64,000 bases of DNA. Source: an uncultured Candidatus Entotheonella sp. GTDB taxonomy: Bacteria > Tectomicrobia > Entotheonellia > Entotheonellales > Entotheonellaceae. Below the pieces are notes generated by a model that did no database searches, had not been told where the DNA came from, and saw nothing but the letters and a program-made list of their open reading frames with translations. Positions 30,439-42,935 of the stretch are shown here, in pieces. The translations under genes and the position numbers were made by a program. The DNA lies in NCBI GenBank assembly GCA_965217185.1, contig OZ244252.1, forward strand, positions 4,032,001 through 4,096,000, read 5' to 3'. The number at the start of each line of letters is the position of its first letter. Position 1 is the stretch's first letter.

Positions 30439-32033
30439 GCCGTGTCAGTTTTCAATACCTCGTGGCTATCGTCCTTTGCCTCTGTTTGTTGCCGGCTGCC
30501 GCTTGGGGCATGCGGCAGGGCAGGGAAGGTGAGGCCCGCTTCGAGAACGAGGGCGAGGCGCTGCTGGACCGCTGGCAGGCCGCCGCCGCCCTTGACTGGG
30601 TAGGAGCCAAGCTCGCCGCCGAACCGATGCAGCCCGCCTGGCGGTTCCTTCGCGGTCGCGCGCTGTTTTACCAGGGCCGCTACCAGGAAGCCCTCGACGT
30701 TTTCGACGCCTTGCTCGACGTACTGCCGCATCCGAGTTTTCAGGCCTACCGCGATTTTGTCGCCGAAACCCAGCGCAGCACGGCGGACCTGGAACTGCTG
30801 GAAACGCCCCACTTCCTTATTTACATCGATCCCCAGCGCGACGCCGCCTTGATGCCATACGTGGCTGACGTGCTGGAGCGCAGCTATCAGCGCCTCGGCG
30901 GCTATTTTCAGTTTTTCCCCGGAGAGAAGATTCGCGTCGAGATCTTTCCCACCACGTCGACCTTCTACCCGGCTTCCAGCCTGTCGGCCCGCGACATCGA
31001 GGTGTCCGGCGCCATCGGTATCTGCAAGTTCAACAAGATCATGCTGTTGTCGCCGCGCAACCTGGCGCGCGGCTACCGCTGGACGGATTCCCTGAGCCAC
31101 GAATACGTGCATTACATCCTGGTGCACCTGAGCCACAACCGGGCGCCGATCTGGCTGCACGAGGGCATGGCGCGCTACTTCGAGGATGCCTGGCGACTGC
31201 CGCAGCCGGGCTGGCTGAACCGCCGCACCGAATCGCTGCTGGCGCACGCCTTGGCCAACAACAGCTTCGTGGGCTTCAAGAACATGGAGCCGTCGCTGGT
31301 CAAACTGGAGACGACCTATCAGGTGCAGCTGGGGTACGCCGAGGCGGCTTCGGCCATCGACTTCATTGTGAACCGGCTCGGCTTCGAGGGTCTGCCGCTG
31401 TTGCTGCAGGAGTTGCAACAGGCGCCGGAAGGCGAGGGCGCCGCGGAAGCGATCGCCCGCCTGATGGGCTTTGGGTTCGACGCCTTTGAAAAGGAGTGGC
31501 GTCAGTATCTGACGGCGCGCGGCCTGAAGGCGCACGACGGCGTGCGCATGCCGCGCTTCGACCTGAAGCAGGACGGCAAGGCGCCGACCGCCGACCTGCG
31601 CCGCGAAATCAGCTCCGGCACGGCCCGCATGCACAGCCGCCTGGGCGACCGGCTGCGCCGTCGCGGGCGTCTGCCGGCCGCCGCCATGGAGTATCGCCGC
31701 GCCCTGGAGCAGGAGCCGCAGTCGCCGTTCCTGCTCAACAAGCTGGCCACGGCGCTGATGGCGCAGGGGCGGCGGCAACAGGCCCTGCGGCACCTGCTGC
31801 GGGCCAGTGAACTGGAAACGGATTACGTCACCACGTACACCAACCTGGGCGGGTTGTACATCGTCTTGGGCGAATACGAGCGGGCGTGCGAAGCGTTGGC
31901 GCAGGCGACCCAGATCAATCCCTTCGACCCTACGGTGCACTTGCATCTGGCCACCTGCCACGCGCAGTTGGGCGATGAAGACAAGGCGCAACAGGAACGG
32001 CAACTATTCGAGCAACTTGAGGGAAGTCTATAA
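30435..32033 (+). CDS. Peptidase MA-like (HExxH) protein with TPR repeats
   Basis: Signal peptide, HEYVH...PIWLHEGMA, and TPRs at both ends. Confidence 0.8.
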   Translation: MSRVSFQYLVAIVLCLCLLPAAAWGMRQGREGEARFENEGEALLDRWQAAAALDWVGAKLAAEPMQPAWRFLRGRALFYQGRYQEALDVFDALLDVLPHPSFQAYRDFVAETQRSTADLELLETPHFLIYIDPQRDAALMPYVADVLERSYQRLGGYFQFFPGEKIRVEIFPTTSTFYPASSLSARDIEVSGAIGICKFNKIMLLSPRNLARGYRWTDSLSHEYVHYILVHLSHNRAPIWLHEGMARYFEDAWRLPQPGWLNRRTESLLAHALANNSFVGFKNMEPSLVKLETTYQVQLGYAEAASAIDFIVNRLGFEGLPLLLQELQQAPEGEGAAEAIARLMGFGFDAFEKEWRQYLTARGLKAHDGVRMPRFDLKQDGKAPTADLRREISSGTARMHSRLGDRLRRRGRLPAAAMEYRRALEQEPQSPFLLNKLATALMAQGRRQQALRHLLRASELETDYVTTYTNLGGLYIVLGEYERACEALAQATQINPFDPTVHLHLATCHAQLGDEDKAQQERQLFEQLEGSL

Positions 32034-33085
<1,052 letters not shown>

Positions 33086-33089
<4 letters not shown>

Positions 33090-34015
33090 GAGGCACCACG
33101 CCGCGCGTTGCCCGCGCCCGCCAACAGCTTGGTCGCAGTTATTTCGACCCCCTGGTTCTCGCCAAAATCGCCAACATGTCGGTGCGTGCCCGGCACATCG
33201 TCGAGGGTCTGCTGAGCGGCATGCACAAAAGCCCGTACCGGGGCCACAGCGTCGAGTTCGCCGAGCACCGCGAGTACGTGCCGGGGGACGAGATTCGCCG
33301 CATCGACTGGAAGGCGTACGGCAAGTTCGACCGCTATTACATCAAGGAATACGAAGAGGAAACGAACCTGCGGGCGTACCTGCTGCTCGACGCCAGTGCC
33401 TCGATGGACTACGCCGCCGACGAGTCGGTGATGCGCAAGTTCGACTACGCCGCCACCCTGGCCGCATCGCTGGCCCACCTGATGCTGCGTCAGGGCGATG
33501 AGGTGGGGCTGGTGACCTTCAATACCGAGATTCAGCGCTACATCCCGCCGCGCAGCGGCACCCGGCACCTGCGGGAATTGGCGAGCCATCTGGAGAGCGT
33601 GCAGCCGCAGGGCGAGACGCACCTCGGCCCGGCGCTGCGCGAGCTGGCGGGCAAGATCAGGCAGCGCGGCCTGGTGATTGTCATCTCGGATCTCTTCGAC
33701 GATCCGGAATCCGTTCTGCGCACCCTGCGTTCGTTTCGCCACCGGCGGCACGAGGTGCTGGTATTCCAGGTGCTGGACCGCAACGAGCTTGAATTTCCCT
33801 TCCAACGGCTGACGGTGTTCGAGGACATCGAGCAGGCGAGCAGCCGCATTCTGTCGGAGCCGCGGAGCATCCGGGCCGCGTATCTGCAACAGCTGCAGAC
33901 GTTTCTGGGCGACTACCAACGGGTCTGCAGGCGCGACGCCATCGACTACCACCTGTTTCCGACGACAACTCCGCTGGACGTGGCGCTGACGCGGTACCTG
34001 GCGCGGCGTCAGTAG
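33086..34015 (+). CDS. DUF58 (VWA-like) protein
   Basis: Motifs EFAEHREYVPGDEIRRIDWK, DASASM and VISDL. Confidence 0.93.
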
Positions 34016-34024
34016 GGAGGCAGC

Positions 34025-36154
34025 ATGTTTGGCTTGGCGTTTCTTCAGCCGGCGTTCCTGCTGGCCGGTTTGGCGGCCGGCGTGCCGATTCTGATCCACC
34101 TGATCAACCGGCACCGGGCGCTGGTGCATCGCTTTCCGGCGGTGCGCTTCCTGCTGATGGCGGACCGGCGCACGGCGCGCAAGTTCCGCCTGTACCAGTT
34201 GCTGTTGCTGGCCCTGCGGGTGCTGGCGATTCTGTTGCTGGCGCTGCTGTTGTCGCAGCCGCGCTGGGGCGACGCGGCAAGCGCGGCCCTGGCGCTGCCA
34301 CCGCAGGCGACGGTATTACTGTTGGACAACAGCCTCAGCATGCAGTTGCGCGACGGCCAGGAGACCCGACTGGAGCGCGCCAAGACGCTGGCGGGTCAGC
34401 TGCTGGAGGGCATTGCGGCGCCGGACAACGCCGTCGTGCTGCCGCTGGTGACGGATGATGCCGATACCGATGCGGAAGCGCCCCTGCTGGGTGCCGATGC
34501 GGCGGCGTTGTGGGATCAGGTGCGCGCCATTTCGGCCAGCCACGCGGCGGTGGACGCAGCGGCTGCGGTGCAGCGGGCCATCGAGATATTGCAGGAGAGC
34601 ACGGCGCCGAGGCGGCGGCTGATGCTGCTGACCGATCTGACGGTGCACGGCTGGGAAGGTTTCCGGGCGTCGGATCTGCCGCGGGTACCGGAAGACCTGG
34701 TTGTGCACGTCATTCGCCTCGGCTCGCCGCAGCGCGACGCCAACGCGCTGATCAGCGGCGTGCGCGTTACCGAGCCGCCGTTTATCGAGCAGACGCCGTT
34801 GGACGTCACCGTGTGGGTCCGCAATTACAGTGACGAGCCGGTACGCAACTTGCGGGTCGATCTGTTGCTGGGCGGCAAGACGGTTGGCCAGCAACTGACC
34901 GACTTGGCTGCCGATGAAGAGGTAGCCGTGCCGTTCCGCATCGTGGCGCCGGAGGTGGGGCTGCACTGGGGCGAGGTGCGCTTGCAGGGCGACGCGTTTA
35001 CCGAGGATGATCGGTTCTACGTCGCGCTGCAGACGGTGGCACCGGCACGGGTGCTGGTGGTGGACGGCGATCCCGGCACGTCGCTGTTCGAAAGCGAGAC
35101 GTTTTACCTGCTCAGCGCCCTGCAGCCGCGTGGCTCGCTGGGGTCGCCGCTGTTCCACCCGAAGCCGCTGGTCTGGGAGGGTCTGGAGCAGGAGCGCCTG
35201 AGTGATTACAGCGTCATCGTCCTGTGCAACGTCGAGGCGCTGTCGCCGCAGGTGCGCCAAGGGCTGCACCAGTTCGTGACCGACGGCGGCGGGCTGATCT
35301 TCTTCACCGGCCATCAGGTGGACGCGACGCGCTACAACACCCTGTTTTACGGCTCGGACACGCCGCTATTACCGGCAGCTCTGGGCGAGCCGGTGCAGCT
35401 ATCCGAGGAGACGCCGGTGGCGCTGCAATTGGCCGACGGTGCGCACGAGGCCGTGGCGGTCTTCAGCGGCGGCGCTGCGGACATGCTGACGCGCAGCCGG
35501 TTCTATCGCTATTTCTCGGTGGCCGAGGACGAGGCGGGGGAGGCGGACGTGTTGCTGTCGTACGACGACGGCCGGCCGTTCCTGCTCGAACGCTCGCTGG
35601 GCCGCGGGCGCGTGTTGCTGTTCACCTCCACCGCCGACCGCGACTGGACGGACCTGCCGACGCGGACGGCATACGTGCCTTTGATGCACAGCCTGGTCGG
35701 GTACGCCGCGCAGCTTTCCGAGGCGGCGCAACGCCCGCAGGTGTTCCTCCCCGGCCCGACGTCGGTACGCATCCAGGGGGCGCAGGAGGGCGGCAGCCTC
35801 ACCATTCTCACCCCGGACGGCAAGGAGTTGCTGAGCCGTTTTGCGGGCCAGGAAGGCGTTATCGAGGCGCCGGTGACGGAATACACCGTGCCCGGCATTT
35901 ATCGTCTCAGCAGCCGCGCCGACACCGATTACCTCGCCGTGAATGCCACGCGGGCGGAGTCGGACTTCGCCAAATTGCAACAACCCGACCTGCAGGCGCG
36001 CTGGCAGCCGTTGTCGGTTATATTGGAAGAAGAGGCGGCGCTTGGAGAGCAGACCGACGGCGCGGCGCTGCCGGGCCGCGAGATCGCCGGCATGCTGCTG
36101 CTGTCCCTGGTGGCAGTGCTGATGGTCGAGAACGTCTGCGCCAACCGTTTGTGA
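34025..36154 (+). CDS. BatA-type N-terminal double-TM plus VWA domain protein
   Basis: PILIHLINR...FPAVRFL, MIDAS DNSLSM, LTD, and a C-terminal TM helix. Confidence 0.88.
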   Translation: MFGLAFLQPAFLLAGLAAGVPILIHLINRHRALVHRFPAVRFLLMADRRTARKFRLYQLLLLALRVLAILLLALLLSQPRWGDAASAALALPPQATVLLLDNSLSMQLRDGQETRLERAKTLAGQLLEGIAAPDNAVVLPLVTDDADTDAEAPLLGADAAALWDQVRAISASHAAVDAAAAVQRAIEILQESTAPRRRLMLLTDLTVHGWEGFRASDLPRVPEDLVVHVIRLGSPQRDANALISGVRVTEPPFIEQTPLDVTVWVRNYSDEPVRNLRVDLLLGGKTVGQQLTDLAADEEVAVPFRIVAPEVGLHWGEVRLQGDAFTEDDRFYVALQTVAPARVLVVDGDPGTSLFESETFYLLSALQPRGSLGSPLFHPKPLVWEGLEQERLSDYSVIVLCNVEALSPQVRQGLHQFVTDGGGLIFFTGHQVDATRYNTLFYGSDTPLLPAALGEPVQLSEETPVALQLADGAHEAVAVFSGGAADMLTRSRFYRYFSVAEDEAGEADVLLSYDDGRPFLLERSLGRGRVLLFTSTADRDWTDLPTRTAYVPLMHSLVGYAAQLSEAAQRPQVFLPGPTSVRIQGAQEGGSLTILTPDGKELLSRFAGQEGVIEAPVTEYTVPGIYRLSSRADTDYLAVNATRAESDFAKLQQPDLQARWQPLSVILEEEAALGEQTDGAALPGREIAGMLLLSLVAVLMVENVCANRL

Positions 36155-36164
36155 GGCGGGGAGT

Positions 36165-36977
36165 GTGATGCCAATGTCTGAGAATGCCAAGCTGACAACC
36201 TCACGTGCCGGGTCTGCGACGCTGTCGCGGCGCGCGCTGCTGCAAGGCGCGGCCGCCGTTCCCGCTCTGATGAGTCTGCGGACCCTGCCGGCTGCTGCCC
36301 TGCCGGCCACCAACACATTCGTGCTGGCGCAGTTGCAATATCGCGGCGGCCAGTGGGACCCGCGGCCCTTGGCCGTCGCCCCCCTGATGCAGGAAATGCG
36401 CCAGCGCACCAGCGTCGAGACCCAAAACGAGCGCCGTATCCTCACCCCGCGCGACCCGGCGCTGTTTTCCCACCCCTTCCTGTACATGACCGGTGAGCAG
36501 GCTTTCGAGCCCTTCGACACCGAGGAGCTGGAAATTCTGCGCCGCTACCTGCGCTTCGGCGGTTTAATGCTCATCGACGACGCACGCGGCAACAAGGGGC
36601 AGGACTTCGACGCCAGCGTGCGGCGCGAAATCGTCCGCCTGTTCCCGGCCCGCGCGCTCAAAATCCTGTCGCCCGATCATTCCGTTTTCCGTACCTATTA
36701 CCTCATCCGTATCCTCGGCGGTGTGCGCATCGTCAATCCCTACCTGGAAGGCGTGCACATCGGCGACCGCACCCCGCTGCTCTACTGCCAGAACGGCCTC
36801 GGCGCCGCCTGGGAGCGCGACTACCTCGGCAACTGGGTGTCCGCCTGCCACCCCGGCGGCGAAGCCCAACGCCTGCAAGCCTTCAAGCTCGGCGTCAACG
36901 CCATCATGTACGCCCTCACCGTCAACTACAAACAGGACCTCATCCACCTCCCCTTCATCCGCCGGAAGCTTGGCTGA
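36165..36977 (+). CDS. DUF4159 protein with a Tat-like leader
   Basis: SRRALL leader, PFLYMTG, LRRYLRFGG..IDD and GVNAIMYALT. Confidence 0.88.
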   Translation: MMPMSENAKLTTSRAGSATLSRRALLQGAAAVPALMSLRTLPAAALPATNTFVLAQLQYRGGQWDPRPLAVAPLMQEMRQRTSVETQNERRILTPRDPALFSHPFLYMTGEQAFEPFDTEELEILRRYLRFGGLMLIDDARGNKGQDFDASVRREIVRLFPARALKILSPDHSVFRTYYLIRILGGVRIVNPYLEGVHIGDRTPLLYCQNGLGAAWERDYLGNWVSACHPGGEAQRLQAFKLGVNAIMYALTVNYKQDLIHLPFIRRKLG

Positions 36978-37120
36978 GACCGTTAAGTTTCTCCTCCCTT
37001 GGGTACCCTGTTGGCTTGTCTTGATGTTCCATTTGTACAAGAATTCTCGTTGGCTCACGCCATGCCTTCATACAGGGCACGCCAAGGGTCGCCTTTTCAC
37101 GTAACAGGAAGGAGGCCGAA

Positions 37121-37501
37121 ATGCCAATGGTGGATACACTCAGACTGAAAACCAGGCTGTCGGAAAGCGGTATGCCGGAGTCCCAGGCTCAGGTCCTCGT
37201 CGAGGAACTCGATGAAGCGCTGACCATGGCGGTTACCGGACAGGTAGCAACCAAAGCGGACATCGCGGAGGTGAAAGCGGACATCGCGGACGTAAAAGTT
37301 GAATTGGCGGAACTGCGCGGCGCTATCAGCGCCGTGGAAGAGAAAGTTGGTGGCTCTATCAAGACTGTAGAAGAGAAGCTGGGCGGCGCTATCAAGACTG
37401 TAGAAGAGAAGCTGGGCGGCGATATCAGGGTGTTGCGTTGGATGGGCGGGACGCTTGTCGTGATCCAACTGGGCATTTTGGCGAAGCTGCTTTTTCCGTA
37501 G
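37121..37501 (+). CDS. DUF1640/CCDC90-like coiled-coil protein (paralog of 3892-4242)
   Basis: Same VDTLRLKTRL...QVATKAD head, with internal 33-bp tandem repeats. Confidence 0.8.
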   Translation: MPMVDTLRLKTRLSESGMPESQAQVLVEELDEALTMAVTGQVATKADIAEVKADIADVKVELAELRGAISAVEEKVGGSIKTVEEKLGGAIKTVEEKLGGDIRVLRWMGGTLVVIQLGILAKLLFP

Positions 37502-37532
37502 CCATCGGGCCTGAAACACGAAAGGACTCCCC

Positions 37533-39166
<1,634 letters not shown>

Positions 39167-39170
<4 letters not shown>

Positions 39171-39409
39171 TCATTAGTGAGTTGATCGAGCGGCTGCACC
39201 AGTACCCTGCCGACCTGCGTGTGGTGGTCAACGGCTATGAGCAAGGCTACGATGACCTGTCACCGCAGCAGATCTCCACGGCGGCGATAGCTCTGAACAC
39301 CGGGAAGCATCCCTGGGAGGGGCAACACGGCGATCCGCACTGGATGGAACGGCTCCCGGAAGGCACCGAGGTCGTCGAGGCGTTGGTCCTCCAGCGCATG
39401 TCCAATTGA
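39167..39409 (+). CDS. Hypothetical protein
   Basis: GTG start overlaps the hsdM stop, with an AAGGAG RBS. Confidence 0.6.
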
Positions 39410-39430
39410 GGGAGCCATGAAGGAGGAACG

Positions 39431-39703
39431 ATGATTCAACCCGTTTTCGTGGAACCCCGTCTGGGATACCGGATATGGGTGCAGTATTCCGACGGCGTGT
39501 CTGGTGAAGTCGACCTGTCCGGTCTCGTTGGCCGCGGTGTGTTCCAGGCTTGGCGCACCCCAGGCTATTTTGAAAAAGTCCACATCGCTTCCCACAGGGC
39601 CATCGCCTGGGACGACGACGTCGAGCTTTGCGCGGACGCTCTGTACCTGAAGCTCGCTGGCAAATGCCTGGGGTCGCCCGAAAAGATTGCTTCTATGGAG
39701 TGA
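39431..39703 (+). CDS. DUF2442 family protein (antitoxin-like)
   Basis: YRIWVQYSDGVSGEVDL...GVF...IAWDDDVELCADALY, with an AGGAGG RBS. Confidence 0.8.
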   Translation: MIQPVFVEPRLGYRIWVQYSDGVSGEVDLSGLVGRGVFQAWRTPGYFEKVHIASHRAIAWDDDVELCADALYLKLAGKCLGSPEKIASME

Positions 39704-40416
39704 TTTACGGTGGGGGACACTTTCATCTTGAAGGAAATAGGCTATGCCGGGCGAGTGGCCCACAGATCGTTTTGAGTTGTTACTTGCTGAGCCAGTTCGA
39801 AATGGAATTTATAAGCAGAAGGCGTTCCACGGTCGTGGCTCGAAGATCATAAACATGGGTGAATTATTCGCTCACCCTAGGCTTCGTGCCGTGCCAATGA
39901 AGAGAGTGGAGCTTTCGGAATCGGAGGTTGAACGATTTCATATTTCGGCGGGCGATCTGCTTTTCGCTCGTCGCTCCTTGGTGGCAGAAGGTGCTGGCAA
40001 GTGCTGCGTGGTACTCGACGTAGACGATCCGACAGCGTTTGAGTCCTCAATAATACGTGCACGACCTGACAGCACGAAGGCAGACCCTCTTTACCTCTAT
40101 TATTTTTTCAACTCACCGTTGGGTTATCACCATCTTGATACGATTCGTCGCCAAGTAGCGGTCGCTGGAATTACTGGAAGTGATCTCGCGAAACTTGAGA
40201 TTCCAATTCCGCCCCTCTCCGAACAACGCGCCATCGCCCACATCCTGGGCACGCTGGACGACAAGATCGAACTGAACCGACGCATGAACGAGACCCTGGA
40301 GGCCATGGCGCGGGCGCTGTTCAAATCCTGGTTCGTCGATTTCGATCCCGTGCGCGCCAAGGCCGCCCTCCGAAACCACGCTCCAATCACTCCCCCCTTG
40401 AGGGGGAGTCGGGGAG

Positions 40417-41723
40417 GTACAAACCGGTAACATCCTTTACACATTAAACCGGGAACATGGTTTACGTTTAAGGTATCGGGCGAAGGAGGATTCGCCGATG
40501 CCTTGGAAAGAGACGTGTACCATGGACCCACGCATTCAGTTTATCGCCGACTACTTGAGCGGTTGCTACACCAAGAGAGACCTGTGCATGCACTATGGCA
40601 TCAGCCGACCCACTGGCGACAAGTGGATTGAGCGCTATCACAGCCGTGGCCCCGAGGGACTCCATGACCTTTCACGAAGACCCCATCGACACCCTGACAC
40701 CACCGCACCCGAGATTGCCGAGCGCATCGTGCAGATGAAGCTCGCGCACCAGAGCTTCGGACCCAAGAAGGTCATGGATCGACTGCGCGCACTGGAGCCC
40801 GACAATCCCTGGCCAGCCGACAGCACCGCCGCCGACATCCTCAAGCGAAACGGCCTGGTCAGGCAAAGGCGCAAGCGCCGCCGCGTGCCGCCGGACCCGC
40901 ACGCCCTGGTCACCTGCAGCGCCCCGGCGCAGAGCTGGAGCGCTGACTTCAAGGGCGACTTCCGACTCGGCGGCGGCCAACGCTGCTACCCCCTGACCAT
41001 CACCGACAATCACAGCCGCTTTATCTTGCAGTGCCGCGCTCTGAGCCGCATGACCACGGCTGCCGTCAAGCCCTGGTTCGAGTGGGTGTTTCGGGAGTAT
41101 GGCCTGCCCGAGACCCTGCGCACCGACAACGGCGCACCCTTTGCCTCGCTGGCCGCCGGTGGCCTCAGCCAACTCTCAAAGTGGTGGGTGCGCCTGGGTA
41201 TTCGTCCGGAGCGCATTCGACCGGCCACGCCCAGTGAAAACGGTCGCCATGAACGCATGCATCGCTCGCTCAAGGAAGCGGTGATCAACCCGGCAGCCAG
41301 TAGCTTTGCGGCGCAGCAGAGGCGCTTCGACGCCTTTGTCGAGGAGTTCAACTGGCAGCGTTCTCACGAAGCGCTTGGGCGCCTGACGCCAGGCAGTGTG
41401 CATGAGGTCTCGCGGCGTCCCTATCGCGCCAAGCTGCCGGCGGTTGAGTACGACCGTGGTGTCACCGTGCGGCGGGTGCGGCGCACGGGTGAGTTCAAAT
41501 GGCGAGGGCGGCTGATCTATCTCTCGGCGGTGCTGGCCAAGGAACCCATCGGTCTGGTTGCTTGTGACAACGACTGCTGGGAGATTCGCTACAGCTTCCA
41601 TCTTCTGGGTGTCCTGAATGACCGTACCCATACGATTACCCATGCCCGACAGTGGCATCAACGTGAGTCAACCGTGTAAACCATGTTCCCGGTCTATTTT
41701 GTAAACGATGTTCGGCTTGCACA
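40417..41723 (+). mobile_element. IS481-family insertion sequence (~1.3 kb)
   Basis: Imperfect ~50-bp terminal IRs share ACCGGGAACATGGTTTAC, and the right end is ...GCACA. GGGAG is directly repeated at 40412-40416 and 41724-41728. Confidence 0.9.
40498..41679 (+). CDS. IS481-family DDE transposase
   Basis: MPWKET start, HTH, WSADFKG, RTDNG and NGRHERMHRSLKE. Confidence 0.93.
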   Translation: MPWKETCTMDPRIQFIADYLSGCYTKRDLCMHYGISRPTGDKWIERYHSRGPEGLHDLSRRPHRHPDTTAPEIAERIVQMKLAHQSFGPKKVMDRLRALEPDNPWPADSTAADILKRNGLVRQRRKRRRVPPDPHALVTCSAPAQSWSADFKGDFRLGGGQRCYPLTITDNHSRFILQCRALSRMTTAAVKPWFEWVFREYGLPETLRTDNGAPFASLAAGGLSQLSKWWVRLGIRPERIRPATPSENGRHERMHRSLKEAVINPAASSFAAQQRRFDAFVEEFNWQRSHEALGRLTPGSVHEVSRRPYRAKLPAVEYDRGVTVRRVRRTGEFKWRGRLIYLSAVLAKEPIGLVACDNDCWEIRYSFHLLGVLNDRTHTITHARQWHQRESTV

Positions 41724-42935
41724 GGGAGACAAGGGCGCCAGCCCGCAGGCGAGCCGGTGGGGGGAATCCGGCGCCACGCAACCCCCACGCCCCTGGCCGG
41801 ACATCAAACGCCAATACGCCCCCAAAACCCTGCAACACGCCCAGACCCTGCGCCAAAACCAAACCAACGCCGAAGGTCTTCTGTGGCACTACCTCCGCAA
41901 CAAACAACTGGGCGGCTACAAATTTCGCCGCCAGCAACCCATCGGCCCCTACATCGCCGACTTCGCCTGCCTGCCGGAAAAGCTGCTCATCGAACTGGAC
42001 GGCGGCCAACACGCGGACCCGAGCGCCCCCGACGAACAGCGAGACCGGTTTTTGCGGCAACAGGGCTACCGGGTCCTGCGCTTCTGGAACCACGAGGTCT
42101 TCGCCGACTGTTTCGGCGTGCTGGAACGGGCGTACGAGGCCCTGACAGACCCCCCACCGCTTCAGCCCGCGCCTGACGGCTTGGCTTCCGCGACTCCCCC
42201 TCAAGGGGGGAGTGATTGGAGCGTGGACCGCGCCCGCGTCTACCTCGGCAGCATGGACCCGGAGATTGCGGCGCTGTTTCCCGACCGTTTTGTCGATTCG
42301 GAGTTGGGGGAGATACCGGCGGGATGGGAGATTTCGAAGATTGGTGATGAAGTCAACGCTATGGGGGGTGCGACTCCTAGTACCAAGGAACCCGCCTTCT
42401 GGGACGAAGGCAAGCAGTATTGGGCCACCCCGAAGGACCTTGCGAAGTTACCGTCGCCAGTGTTGCTGGAAACGGAAAGGAAGATCACCGACGCGGGCGT
42501 CAAGAAGATCAGCTCCGGCCTCCTCCCGATAGGCACGGTGCTCTTATCCTCGCGTGCTCCGATTGGCTACTTAGCTATTGCCGAGGTGCCGACTGCCGTA
42601 AACCAAGGCTTCATCGCCATAGTTTGCAAGAAACGTCTACCGAACGTATATGTGCTTTTCTGGTGCTCCAAAAACCTTGATAACATCAGGGGCATCTCTG
42701 GCGGCTCCACATTCGCAGAGATCAGCAAGAAGGCGTTCCGGCCCATTCCCGTGACGGTGCCCTCGGAGCAAGTCCTCGCAACCTACGAGGACGTCGTTCG
42801 CCCGCTCTACGGTCGAATCGTCGTGAACACGAAAGAATTGGAGTCGCTGGTCCGGACTCGTGACCTGTTTCTTCCCAAACTCATATCTGGCTCAATCCGT
42901 CTTCGTGAATCAGAGAAGGCAACGGAGGCTGCGAC

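Larger units (their letters stand above)
40376..42226. mobile_element. DUF559 endonuclease cassette bounded by perfect 36-bp inverted repeats (span includes the nested IS481)
   Basis: CCACGCTCCAATCACTCCCCCCTTGAGGGGGAGTCG at 40376-40411 and its exact reverse complement at 42191-42226. The DUF559 domain is at ~41827-42144. Confidence 0.7.

Noticed and set aside
37319..37428. 33-bp repeats as a CRISPR array
   Set aside because: They are contiguous in-frame coding repeats with no spacers and no cas genes. I saw no CRISPR array in the window.
41827..42144. Intein explanation for the HsdS insertion
   Set aside because: There is no N-terminal Cys/Ser block and no C-terminal His-Asn splice motif.
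40376..42226. hsdS inverted repeats as a TRD-shuffling shufflon
   Set aside because: The repeats enclose DUF559 and the IS rather than a TRD, and there is no recombinase or silent hsdS copy nearby.
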